From: Marsupella aquatica
Lineage: Eukaryota; Plantae; Marchantiophyta
Reading direction: 5' to 3'
Assembly: GCA_973895155.1 (NCBI GenBank)
Contig: OZ316897.1
Coordinates: 22,481,455-22,545,454, forward strand
DNA length: 64,000 nucleotides
Shown here in pieces: positions 27,587-40,960 of this stretch. Position numbers and translations under genes: made by a program. Position 1 is the first letter of the stretch; each line of letters begins with the position of its first letter. Under the pieces are notes generated by a model, which had not been told where the DNA came from, searched no databases, and was given only the letters and a program-made list of their open reading frames with translations.

Positions 27587-30500
27587 GTACATGTAAAATA
27601 TAATTATGCCAAGAAATTAATATCTGCTAATTAAAAGTGAGTGACATAACACACAAAACCATAGGTACACATGCAAAGAAAAGCATGTAATGACCAAGAA
27701 AGTACAAAGGTACTAAAGAGTTGTGCACATACATTATAGATTTTCACTTGCTTCTAGGTAATGATAGTCAACTCAATTAAAACCATAAATTTTGTAAAGA
27801 AAATCACTAAAGGAACTTAGTACACCAGATGTGCACATTGTTCAAATTCATTTCTCTCACTCATAAAAAAACATTTCACTAAGGAGTGATTGAAAATGAA
27901 ATATTAAACATTCATGAGGGGAGCCAAATTGGGAGCCAAATACATTCAAAATACTATAAGTTCACTAAAATTAGTTTGTGGACCCATCATGCGCACTAGA
28001 GATTCTGCCGAAAGCCGCGCTGCACAAGGCAATGCATTGCGAGGCATTGCAGTACACGCAATCTCCTCTCGTCAGCGTTTGTGTGCTCGTTCCCATTCCA
28101 CTCCTGCCCTGTTTCAAGCACGTAATGACCAAGTTTGAGCTTCTTCTGGTGGGGCAGAGCAACTGGCTGTCCCTTCCCCTAGCAAATTCTCGTCAGTGAA
28201 TGGCAGTGTTACAGCGTCGAACGAAGCTGAAATTCTTGAAGCAAACATGAATTTTGCAACCGTTGAGGCACTCAAGGAAAGAGCATACGTCAAGAGCACT
28301 TCAGAGTTTTTCCCAATGGCTGAATCGACAATCACAGATGGTCAAACTTCCATTGCCTTAACGAGTGTCGTGGATACCAATTCCACGATTGATACAAGCA
28401 ATGAAGTTAGACCACTCTCCAGAAATGCTATTGAATGTTCTTAGCAAGGTATGCAACCTGACAAAACGAGAACTACTGAGAGATTGTGAAGCTAAGTCGT
28501 CAAATGCATCTGCAGCTTCAGAGAACAAATCAGACCGTGACGATTCAATAGGAATTGTTTTCAGGGAGCGATTCTGGTTCACATTTCCACGACCGTCATC
28601 TTTGCAAAGAGGCGCAGACTGAGAGCACTAGGAGTTCCTCTCTATCCATTCCCAAATCAAAAGTCAGGCATAGGATTCAATCCTACCAACGAGCTGAATT
28701 AATTTGTTCTTCCCAAATGTGTAGTAAATGCTTTCCAACACAAACGCCACATTCAAGTCAGAAGGAAGCTTACGACACAGCAATAACTTGCTTGACGACA
28801 GCTCAAGGTGGTGGTGATGGGGAGCCGTTCTGCAGTATCCCACGATAGACTCGTAGAACCTTTGTTGTCAATAAAAATTGGAGGTTTGAAAATTTTTGAG
28901 TCGATACAATAACATTCTGTTTATTGCCAGCGCTCTGGAATGTAATGGACCGCAAGATTTAATTACTTACTTATTATTATTGGTTGGGGAATTGAACCAG
29001 AAAGAGGGTGGGCAGTCAGTTATTCGGGGTAAAAAATGGTTACGAGTCTACTACTAATTCAACATTTTGTTACTTGGGGTAAATAAAATGGTTATTTTTC
29101 AAATAGTTTTACATCAAGGTTTACGGCATGGCGTCCTCAATTTTACCAAAATCATGCCACAGACATGAATGTTGAAGCAATTTTATATTGGAAACCAATC
29201 TGTACCTGTTTGCAGCGCATCTCGATGATGTGGCACGCTGTGGAGTCTCAAATTTTGGAAGGGACCTCTAGTGGGGTCTGTAATTAAAAGGGGCCCAAAA
29301 GTTAATTCAAAATCAAATTAATACAAATGATTCACCTTGTTAGGGCACAAACGCACATTAAAATCAAAATAAAACACTGTACACAAAATTTGAATAAGAC
29401 AAAATGTGAAAGGTGTATTCACCATATAAAAGGGAATTAGCTTTTCAACAAGGTTTTTAGAGCATTCTCCTTTTTGGGTATAACCACCGTGCTAGGAAAC
29501 AGGAAAAAGGAAACAACAAACAGCAAATGGATGATTGACAATTTTTTCAGAATTTTTTCAGAATTTTTGTTGGAAATTTTTTGTTTTGTTTGTATTTTTG
29601 ACATTTTTTTACTAGCGCCCAAAGCTAGTAATAGCCAAAAATTATTTTTTTAGAAATATTTTGAAAAATTTGAGTTTTAATGAGACATTTTTTTATATCA
29701 TTTTTGCTCATAACAAGATATAAAGTTTTGCTCATAACAGGAAATAATTTTCCTATTTCCTGACACGGTGTAAAGCCTCCTCCTTTTCTATCTCTATTGA
29801 GGTTCAAGGAAGAGGTAATCAGGCTAATCAAATGGTATTTTTTAGGGCTTTTCATCTAGAGTGAAGGTCTAGAAAGCCTCTAGATCACTGGGCATAACTG
29901 AAGTTGGGGGTGCCATTGGAAATGAGTATTAGGGGAGCCGAGAGTCTTTGAAAATAGCTTAGTGGTGCTCACCTCCTTCAAGCTTGTCTATCTCACATAG
30001 CTTGATCAGATTGAAGTCACTCTGAGTGAAGCTTTAATTTGGCTAGATAATGACTCTGGGGCCACATTTATTGTTGGGGCTGGATTTGGAGCTAGGGATA
30101 AAATCGGGGATAAAATACTGGTATTCACCATCTGCTGACTAGCAAACCTTGGGCATTTCCACTACTTTCTTCAACTAATTTAGGGCAATTTTTTTCCAAA
30201 TATAGTATACCTTGGAACTGGTCGAGGGAAAGGTGCAAAGCAAATATCATTTTTGCTGGAAATGGTTACTTAGCCCAATCCGATTGAAATCCATTACGTG
30301 CAACCAGATGTAAGGAATCTTTTGAGATCACAGACGATTTGGCTACTCATATGAATCTGCTAGATCAAGTAGGGGAGGAGAACCCTTTGATTAGCTGCAT
30401 CCTAGATTATTTGTTTTTTCAGCCAAGGGTATCTTGCCGCTGGGCTAGACTATTCTTGGACTCTTCAATGTTTCCACCCATATTACTTCCCCAAACTTGC

Positions 30501-31328
30501 ACCCTCACCCTCTCCAAACAACAATGCATTCAAAACAACATTATTTGACCAAAATGATGAGATCTTTGCACCCATAAACATGATTGTAGGGATGACATAG
30601 TTGGAACAATAACATTTCTTACAAATGAATTGCCTCACTTGTGATACTTTACCTCACCTTTACATTGTGTTGAGCAATGCATAGGTATAGTAGCATGAAC
30701 GACTGGCTGCTTGGATGGAACTAGGGATGGAACAATCTATCACCTGCTTATCAAACGATTAACACAACAAATTCCGCTTTTCTTCCTCTAATAATTGTTT
30801 GTATCATATGATGGGGACATGGGGGGATGCTAAGTCTGGATTAGTTTACTACTAAGGAGGAGTATATTTGTTTCCGATCCCAAAAATATATATTTTTATC
30901 AAGTCTACCAACTATACACGTATTTTATGCTTTTGATTAAGTCCCGTGTACTGTTATGTTCATGCTCCTATTGGCCTCCGACAGAGTGTTGTCACCACTC
31001 CCACTCACAGGGTCGACCAAACCATGCAAGTTTCTCTAAACAATCATTCTAGGGGAAGAACACAATATATCGAGAAAAAGAGAGATAACATCGCACAAAA
31101 ATTGGTGAGAATCAACCGAATCCATATCTTTTAATGGCCAACACATTGCATGGGCAACCCGGCCTCCTACCATCTACCCAACGTACTCCTGCCTCACTGG
31201 AAAATGCGTACCTCTCCACCTCACTACTCCGGATTGATTCCCTATTCATTTAATGCTAATCTCAAACTGAACATTGGACTAAGTCCCCTCTGTACCTATC
31301 GGGGACTGCCCTTAAATACCAAAAAACT

Positions 31329-31643
31329 CCCGGGGTCCTCTATCACTTCTTTTCTTTCGACCCATCGCGCGCGAATAAGTATAGGGTTAATTTTTTAATT
31401 GAGTTTAGTGAAATACTTTTAAATTTCTGCTGAAGAACATTAGAGTTATTTTAATCCAATCTTGATAATTATAAGAATCATAGAGTTTTTTAAAAATCAA
31501 ATTTAGAAATATTCTTGGAATATTCTATTAAGTTAGTGGTAGAAAAATTCATAAAAAAAACTTTATTGACTTAAGTTTTAGGGTGTTTATTCCCCCAAAC
31601 TTCATGCATGATATGAGACACCCCTTGGATTGAGGCCCCCGAG
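31329..31643 (-). mobile_element. MITE family B copy
   Basis: Reverse-complement similarity to 27297-27586; degenerate TSD AAAAAACT/GAAAAACC. Confidence 0.8.
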
Positions 31644-32160
31644 GAAAAACCACACCAAAGCACACAAGCCCTACAAGGGTGTGGCAGCCACCACCCTAGC
31701 TGGCCACTACCCCATGTCGGCACCGCTAACCTAACACTTTCAAACACATGCGGCACACACATGCAAGGCTAACCCTATCCCTACCTAGAGGCGGCTAACG
31801 GTGCCTTTGTCGGCCTATCTACTCAACTTATCTACCGAACTAAAGAGTCAAGTGACCATGTTCATCGGTCACCATATATCCTTTTGATTGCCATTGCCAG
31901 TCCGCCGCAAAAAGAGGGGTCCCAACAATTGTCGAAAGCAAAATTTTCTCAAAGTAAACTTGTGAGGAAATTTCTGGGTAGCCCTGGTTTTCTTGATTTC
32001 AACCCCGCAAACAACTCCCAAAATGGACTATTGACGGTTGAGATATGTCTCACCGAGTTTTATGTGCAATCAGGTTGTCGTCTCCCTCCTCTCCATCCGT
32101 ACAACACCCATATGTGCTGCTACTGCCTCCTTGCTTGGAAAATTTGGGACCTCCTCCAGT

Positions 32161-32465
32161 CCCAGGGTCCTCACTTCTTTTCTTCCAACCCATCACGCAC
32201 GAATAAGTATAGGGTTTTTTATTGGGTTTAGTGAAATACTTTTAAATTTTTGTTGAAGAACATTAGGGTTATTTTAATCCAATTTTGAGAATTATAAGAA
32301 TCATAGGGTTTTTAAAATCAAATATGAGAATATTCTTGGAATATTCCATTCAGTTAGGGGTAAAAAAATTCATAATAAAAACTTTATTGACTTAACTTTT
32401 AGGGTGTTTATTCCCCCAAAACTTCGAGCGTGATATGAGACACCCCTTGGATTGAGGCCCCCAAG
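32161..32465 (-). mobile_element. MITE family B copy
   Basis: TSD CCTCCAGT/CCTGCAGT; high similarity to the 31329 copy. Confidence 0.85.
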
Positions 32466-32705
32466 CCTGCAGTACGGACGTCCATACGACCTCAAAACTA
32501 CTATATTCTAAAAATAAATATAACCCATTGTATCTCCTCCATTTTAGCTCCATTTTGGCCATGTCACACATAGTTGGATTCAGCTCGGCAAGCCCTTTCC
32601 AACAAGCCCATAAACTCATGATTCTCATATGATAGAAAATCCAATGTTCGTACGATCAAGGTCCATACACACGTTGAAAGCAAGCACAACAGGGCTTCGG
32701 GTGGG

Positions 32706-32987
32706 CTTGGGAGTTTCACTTTCACAAAAATGGCACATCACGTGCGACAAAGAATGGGTTCAAAAAGAAGACTTAAGAATTTTATCAGAAGAACAATAGG
32801 GTCTTTTAAATTCAATTTTGAGACTTATATGAACATTAGGGCCCTTCTAACCAAATTTTCAAAATATTCTAAGAATATTCCAACTTTATAGGGGTTAAAA
32901 AAATATTTTTTCCTTACATTTTAGGAGGTCCGAGGCCTAAAAAAATCGCAGGTGATGGGGAGGCCTCCATTTAGTGAGACCCCTTAG
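32706..32987 (+). mobile_element. MITE family A copy
   Basis: TSD CGGGTGGG/AGGGTGGG; colinear with the 26898 copy. Confidence 0.85.
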
Positions 32988-33752
32988 AGGGTGGGAACTC
33001 CATAAATGAGAAAAGGGAAGGAAGAAAGTGTGGGGACCCCTTCCATGGTGTGGAGAAGGGAAAATGTGGGAGCCCCGGCCCACAAAGTGTGAAGGGAAGG
33101 AAAGGAAAATAAATGTGAGAACCACTCAAAGGGTGAACAAAGGAAGGGGGACCCCTTCCTTCTTAAGGCCCTCCCACCATCACTACTCCTAGATTGCTTA
33201 GTTTTGCCATTTTACGGGCATTGAGTTTCCTCAAGATGCCTCTGTTTGATACAGGTCACCTGAACTCAACTACTTAGAGAACCCTAGTTTTGCATGGGGT
33301 TGATTGACGGCTTCAAAATTAATCCAAACATGACCATGTTTGGAAGAGTCTATTTTAAGTTTCAACAGTTTCTATGTTTTGGTCATTCTTCCCGTTTTGG
33401 TCCTTATGTGGAGCCTCTGGCCAGCCCCCACCCATACAAGATGCCCAGGCACACCTTGGCCTCCAAGTCCTTGGGCTGCCTTTTGGCCCCCATGTACCCC
33501 CTCAATGGCTCCATTGTCATCCTTGGACCAAATTCCATCACCGCCAGACACCCTTTTCAACTCCAGCCTCCAGTTGTTACATCAATTTATTAGAACTAAC
33601 AATTTTATTTTTTAAAATGCAAAGACTTTTGTTATATCTATTTGTCTTTCTACTTATATATACAATTATAAGCCATCACTAAGTAACTATCGGGTTTGGG
33701 ACCTTGTCACATCACATTGTTTTGATTGGTCACAATAACAAATGACTTGTCA

Positions 33753-34051
33753 TCAGCAGTCCCACTATATGGACCCCCCATCATATGCGATGCTTTCAAG
33801 CCTCAGATCCCCTAAAATGTAAGAATTTTAAGAGTTTATGTACCCTGGATACAAAGTTAGAATATTATTGGAATATTCCGGAATTTGATTAAAAATACCC
33901 TAATGTTTTTACAACACTAAAAAACAGATTTCAAGGACCCTAATGTTATCCCACAAAAATTTCTAAATCTTTCTCTCAAATAAACATAACGACCCTAGTC
34001 TATGTCTCACGTGATGTGCTAATTTTGTGGACCAAAGTGAAAACCCCAAAG
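33753..34051 (-). mobile_element. Old, diverged MITE family A-like copy
   Basis: Shares ggaatattcc, accctaatgtt, cacgtgatgtgc..gtgaaaacccc blocks; possible TSD ACTTGTCA/AATTGTCA. Confidence 0.5.
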
Positions 34052-35582
34052 AATTGTCACTTGCAATCTGCCGAATCTCTCAACTTTGTGCCATGCATAA
34101 GTATTGTCACACTAAGTAACCACAATTAACGACAATCATACACGCACACCTTTACCTAAGCATTGTTTGTTATATAGATCGTTGACTTTCTGCTAAATAA
34201 TACTTGTTATTCACTCTTCTTGATTGGGAAAAAACACCTCCCTACCTCCCAGTGCATTGTCCACCTCACCCTTCAATCTGGGAGAAACTTTTCTTTAATT
34301 CTCCTCCGTCTTTTGTGCGTGTCTTTTGCCTTTGTTCAAAACAAATTAATTAGTCACTATTCTTGGTATTATTTATTGACCACTGCCATCCATACATCAA
34401 GACTGACGTGCAATTAGTTCAGTATACATTTTTGTCATATTTTTGTTTTTTCTGGGGGTAGATCTTTTATTAAAACAATTAAGCTCTTTTTTCATTTTTT
34501 AATGATGAAATTTTGCAGCTAGGAATTGGAATTGGAATTTTTTAATTAGAAATTTGGAGCTGGGAATTGTGACAATTCAGATGTACACATGTACAGTTTG
34601 GCGGAAGGATGGTTTTAAATATTCCTTGTAGTTCTAAGTGCCATTTAGAACACAAATTAATGTAAATATGGATATCCAGCAATCCTACCTTGCATGTGAT
34701 TCATTTCTGGAATCTTGTGTTGTGTTCACAATTTATTGTTCGAATGATGCTTTATGATGTTCTATTCTTATTTATCATTTAATTTAATAATTTAATTAAA
34801 GATATTAAAATATTTAGCAAAAAGTGGAATTTAACGAATATACTGGCATTGTCCAAATTGGTGTTAACGAGTTCTTTTAGACACAACATTTTTATGGAAT
34901 GACTTGTATGGCAAGGATGATACATAAAATGTCTCAACAAGTACTTGACAAAGCTTACATTTCTTACTTTAATTGCCTTCCCCCCCCCCCCCCCCTTGAC
35001 CCATTTTCTCACTTTGACATATTTTTCTCTCCTCACCCCCTCATATCTTTTCTCTCCTCCACATTGTTTTCTCTCCTTAATTGACATCATGTTCTCGCAT
35101 GATCTGTTAGCATTTACTCTTAGGTCCAAGGTCATAATTGTAACTGTAGTTAGACTAACCGTAGTTGTAGTCCCATGTAATTGGGTTAGTTAGGTTGCAC
35201 ACTATATTCCTAAGTGGTGTTTGATTAATGGATAGGAGGAACTCAGGCTCATTGTTATATACAAAACCAATTGAGAAATAAGGAGAATGATCTTGTATAA
35301 TTGCATAGACTTGGTATGACCAACGGGTTTAGAGTAAAATAAAATTCTTGTGTGTTCCCGTGGACGTAGGCTCAGTTGAAGTGAACCGTGTATCTCTCTA
35401 TGTCAACTACTTCAAGTGCATTGGATAATCATGATTGGGCTTGCCGTTGTAAATGTTATCTTTATTCAACAATTTGTACTAGAGCAAGTCTGGGAGATGA
35501 TGATTGATTTTTCATGATGGTTTTCCAGCATTGTGAATTGTTTTTTCTGGACTTCTATTGTAGGGAACTCAAAGGTTATGGG

Positions 35583-35855
35583 CTTGGGGGTCTCATTATA
35601 CGGATGCCTCCCCATCACCTACGACGTTTTTAGGCCTCGGACCCCCTAAAATGTAAGAAAAAAAATTATTTTTTCAACCCCTATAAGGTTAAATTGGTTA
35701 TAAGGACCCTAATGTTCTTATAAGTCTCAAAATTGGATTTAAAAGACCCTATTATTCTTCTCAGAAAATTCTTAAGTCTTCCCTTTGAACCAATAAAATG
35801 ACCCTATACTTCGTCGCACGTGATATGCCATTTTTGTGGAAGTGAAACCCCCAAG
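35583..35855 (-). mobile_element. MITE family A copy
   Basis: CTTGGGGG...CCCCCAAG termini, TSD GTTATGGG; short internal deletion versus the 26898 copy. Confidence 0.9.
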
Positions 35856-36490
35856 GTTATGGGCTCAGCGGATTATTAGATCGACCGGTGCGATGACTTT
35901 CTAATGGTGCTTAGAATCATTGATCGGAGGTTGTGGATTCTTTTTGGCAAAATTGCATGTTCGACGGTTCTTCGAAGGAGGGACAAGAGTTTGTTTTCTT
36001 GATGGTGTCAACTTTGCGGTGCAACAGGCATCACATGCTATAGCTTTGCTTGTAACTCAAGATGAGTTGGTCATTTTGGTAACAAGTTTATTGCAGAGTG
36101 AGTATCAAGTGCATAGTGACAAGCAAAAGAATATTTCGATCTGGTTTTTTGAGAACCTATATATGGGTTTCTCGTTGTCACGTTTGCGACAAAACGGTTA
36201 TTTTAAGTCTGGATTGGCACTTGACACGGAGTGAGGGAGATGCAACCGAGGATGCACCAGAGATCTCTACTCTACTGGACCTGCTGACATAGACTGACGG
36301 CACCGGGTAAAAATTGGCAACCAATTTTTGTCCAGTAGAGTGACCAAGTGACTCATAAAAGGGTCCAAAGCCTAGTATTAAGTCGCACTGAAAACACACT
36401 TTTCCATCTAATAAGTTACGCACTACGTACATGTAGTGATGGCAGCAGCATCTGAAGGTTCTCTCAACTGGGCTTCCCTTCAAGCTCTGC

Positions 36491-36497
36491 TATATAA
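36491..36497 (+). promoter_or_regulatory. Putative TATA box of the decarboxylase gene
   Basis: TATATAA 110 bp upstream of the ATG at 36601. Confidence 0.5.
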
Positions 36498-36600
36498 GGG
36501 GACTGACTTAATTGCTTCTGCACATCAGGTTGAACTCACTAAGTAACTAGCTTGGAGCTCAGAGTTTCAGACTATCCAGGCTCTGGTGCCCGCTTGGGTG

Positions 36601-38858
36601 ATGGCTACATCGAGCGAGGAAGGTTTGAGCTGCCTGTCGGGAACTGGCCAGCTTCTGTCGAAGAGTTGGAAGAACCCAGGAGATGAATATCCAGTCACTC
36701 CGCTTCTGCTACGTAATGCCAGTGCTGTAATGCCGAGTGAGCTTCTTGACCATGCAGGTGTTGCAGCAGGGAACTTAGATGACAAACAACTGGCCAAGGT
36801 GCAGTACGATTTTTACCGGCTGCAGCAGGGTGATGGTCCTCCTGTCTCGAAGAACCGTCATGAGTCTGCACTTGATGAATCCAAACGTTATCATGATGCA
36901 GTCAAGTCCAACTATCTGGGTTTTCAAGCGAATTTGGCGAACTCGTACACCCATTTGTCGCACTACTTGGATAACCATGTGAGAACCCGTAACTCGTACA
37001 CCCATTTGTCGCACTACTTGGATAACCATGTGAGAACCCGTAACGTGCTAGCATGAATCGTCCAAAATGGAGTGATTACTCGAAATCTTTCAATGTTTAC
37101 TGAACGATTTTGGGTGCAGATGTGATTTCGTAAATTGAAACTCAATGGGCTAGCTAGATACCTAGCACGAATCGTCCTTAATAAAGAGTGATTAGTCCAC
37201 ATTCTTTCATTGAATGATTTAGGTTGCTGATATGATTTTGTTGGAACTCAGTGGGCTGTATAGCTAGGATGTCAATCGATATGGCTTTTGTTAGTTACTT
37301 GTTCTAATAAATTCTGCCTCTTATCTGTACGCTGCAGTTGAACAACATTGGAGACCCTTTTCTAACAGGGAACCATATGAATCAGACGAAATATATGGAG
37401 CGAGCAGTTCTGGACTACTTTGCAGCCCTTTGGAGGGCGGAGTGGCCTCACGACTGCTACCAAAAGGCATCTGCTGCAGACAATGGCCCTGCTAGACCCC
37501 AGAATCCAAGCTCGTATTGGGGCTTTGTTCTCTCGATGGGATGCACGGAGGGTACATTGTATGGCCTATGGAATGGACGTGACTATCTCGAGGGCAAAGT
37601 CATGCTCATGGACGAAGTATTAGGCGAGAAGGAGAGCACCAAGGAGCTATCCACATTAACACCGCCAAAATACGGGATGCCCAAACACCTGCTCTATAAA
37701 AGAAGAAGGGGATTTGCACATGATCCGAGCGTCAATCGACTGACACCGATATGCTTCTTTTCTGAGGATTCCCATTACTCTCTCCAGAAGTCCATGGTGA
37801 TCCTTAACATTCGCACGTTCCACGATGAGGCCACGCAAGAGGACGCCTATGGAAACATGAAGTACCCGAAGTGTCCATTGAGAGGGTATGACACTTGGCC
37901 AGAGAAAGTGCCTTCGAATCCTGATGGATCTATGAATGTGGAAGCTCTCATGACGTTGGTAGAATTCTTCGCTTCGAAAGGGTACCCTCCCCTGATCTGC
38001 TTCAACTTCGGCACGACTTTCAAGGGTTCGTATGATGATGTGGAAAGAGCTTCCCAGTTGCTGATTCCCATTCTGGATAAATATGAGCTCCTCGAACGTG
38101 TTTTAGAAGTCAAGGGCAAAAATGGAAGTAGGATCAGAGTGAAACGAAATGGTTTCTGGATCCATGTGGACGGTGCTCTGGGTGCAGCGTACATCCCTTT
38201 CCTCAGGATGGCTCAAGCGTGCGGCAAGTTCCCAAAAGACCTCACGGTGCCTGAGTTCGACTTCGCCTTGAGAGGGCCCAAGAGGAAGAATGGGTCTACC
38301 GAGAAAGACTACAGTCATGTGGAAGTCGTTCACTCCATCGCTATGAGTGCTCACAAATACATTGGAGCTCCGTTCCCAACGGGTATCTACATGACCAAAA
38401 GCAAATTGCAACTGATGCCTCCCGAAATTCCGAACGTTGTTGGAACGCCTGACACTACCTTTGCCGGTTCTCGAAACGGTCTCGCGAGTGTCATTCTATG
38501 GGATCACTTCGCCCGTCACTCGTTCGACCAACTAATGGAGAAGGCAGTGTATACGCAGACCGTAGCCACTTATCTAGTAGAGAGCTTGCAGAAGCTGCAT
38601 GATTTGGTGAAGGAGGGGAAGGTTCATCCCCACTTGAAGGATCGTGATTTGTGGATCCAGCGTTGGAGTCGCTCCTTAGGTGTAGTTTTTAGAAGACCAA
38701 ATGACCAGATTGTCAAGAAATACTGTCTCTCAAAGGAAACAGAAAGTGGGCGGTATCTGGTTCATGCTTATGCTATGGAGCATGTTACTAATGATTTGAT
38801 TGATAAGTTCATCCTAGACCTGTCAAAGGATGGTGCATTTGAGGACCAAAGCAGCTAG
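36601..38858 (+). CDS. PLP-dependent group II amino-acid decarboxylase (histidine/serine decarboxylase-like, bacterial-type); exons 36601-36978 (or -37029) and 37338-38858
   Basis: YLGFQAN, LNNIGDPF, SMGCTEGTLYGLWNGRDYL, SEDSHYS, NFGTTFKGSYDDV, HVDGALG, PLP lysine in SAHKYIG, PDTTFAGSRNG; phase-0 GT-AG intron. Confidence 0.9.
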
Positions 38859-40700
38859 GAAACCCCACATAAGTAGAGACACAATGAGGACCATAGGGCT
38901 GAAGAAATAACGTCAGATATTGAAATTGGACTTTAAGCAAGAAATCTTGCAACACCACTTTTGTAGGATTGTAAATATTGATTTAGCCTTATTTTCAAAA
39001 TCCCCTTCAAATGGGTAGTTTGAGCAATAAATCTTGCAACTCCTTTGGTAGGAAGCGCGATATATTAATTTAGCATTATAATTGCCAATCTAGGCTGCCA
39101 TTCTTCTCGTAGCGAATGTAATATAAATTCATAACTTTCAAGTTTTGTCAAGAATGAGAGAAGCCCCTGCTTAATTAGCAACAGTGACCCTTGCTCTTGT
39201 CAATTTTGTTTGTTTGCACCTTTACTGCATGTAGCTGTCTGGTTCGAAATCAATATTTGAAGAAGCCAAGGCATGCCGGCCAGACTTTGTTTCTGGTGGA
39301 CAGGTCCATCCTCGTATGTGATGCGATTTGGATGCAATCTGGCTGGATTCTGGCTCCCATTGTAGCTCTTTGCTTATGCAATCATGGTACTTGCTGAGAC
39401 GAATTGCATTGAGAGTCGAGGATGTACTTGACCACTTATTGCTGGTTCTACGCTGTCTAGTCTCCTTGTTACTGGATACCAAGAGACCGTGTGTGCAAGG
39501 TGCTGTCCGGCTTAGAGTCCCTGTCTGGTGTTATGTGCTGATATGTCCCTTCCCCCGAGTAATGGTGACTTGTCTCTTTTCTCGTTTGAACTGGCTGCGG
39601 TCAAGGTGTGTAAGGTAAAACTTTTGTAAGGGCTTTTTAAGGGGGGTTTTTAGAGTAATGGTGACCTCCCCATTCCTGCACTGACTAGAAACCCTAGCCG
39701 TGGTTGCAGCACGCACCTTTGGGAATCACTTAGTGTAAAAAAAACACGGGAGAACAAACCAATAAAATTTGAAAAAATAAACTGAAATAAAAACAAAACC
39801 TTTGTACCCATTATTATACAACTTTAACAAAGTTTTAAACATCTTGTTGAATATAAAAATAATATGTTTACCAAAATTGGATTCTTAAAGGTCTTTAGTA
39901 GAATTTTTTGATTATAATTATTAGCCTGACAAGATTAAAAATGACCTTCACATGTTCACCCCCCATTTTAATAGTCCAATGAGTGATTCCCTAGGGAGCC
40001 CGCAACACCAACTGGCACTTTTTTTCTGCCTTGTACAGCTGACCATGCTGGCAACTATAGCCGACAATCACAACCTTTTTTTCTTGCGCAACCGCCTGTA
40101 TACGCAGGGTACAAGCATACTCCAACTACACTCCTATATGCCCTAACACGCTTGCCCGTACATACCCAATGTTTTAAGAGGCTTAACCCCCCTTTGAAGA
40201 CCTTTGTTCATTGTTCCCAGTTTCTTTCTATTGGCTTTCGCTCCTCCCATGACCAATAACCCAAATATGGGGAACCCGGGAGGGGGAATCCTTGGGCCCT
40301 CAGCGTTACTAGGTACAAGAAGGACATGCAAAGTAATTTTTATAATAGTTTTTAAAGTAGGCAAAATCCCTCTATATACATTCGACACAATATTAGTTTA
40401 CAATAAGGCTCTTATCAAATACATGTCACATTAATCTTATGCAAGGGCGACTGCAAGGGTACCCAAAATGCCACTTAGTATACACGTCACTATATGCCTG
40501 GTTGGCACACATGTCATCACTTTGTTTGCACACGTGTCCATATAGTAAATTAGACATTTAAATAATTATTTGTGGTCTTAAGGCAAGTTTGGTTTAATTG
40601 GTGGTCCCCCTTATGGTGGGACAAATGGGTTTAGGTAAACATGCATGTTTACCGCATGTTTAGGAGTTAAGTTGGGAGTTGAGTAAATGTTGGGCCATGA

Positions 40701-40960
40701 CTCGGGGGGGGGGGGGGGTCACTATATGAAGGGTCATACATCACGTGCGACGGTTGGGATCATTTATAACCCCCCTAAGTCACTTTCTATAAAGTTGTAC
40801 GACACCAATCATGTGATGACACGTATGTATTTTGCAATTAAACAACCCTATGTTCCATTGAAGACTTAATAAGTTTTCCACCAAAACCATTTAAACGACC
40901 CTATACTTCGTCGCACGTGATATGCCACTTCCATGGAAGTGACCCCCCCCCCCCCCCGAG
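40701..40960. mobile_element. MITE with expanded poly-G/poly-C TIRs, related to families A/B
   Basis: CTC(G)n...(C)nGAG termini; ATCACGTGCGACG motif at both ends; TSD GGCCATGA/GGCCATGC. Confidence 0.85.

Noticed and set aside
27914-28860. Possible decayed LRR-type gene
   Set aside because: Only weak N-x-S-L hints and no consistent frame; cannot be supported by eye
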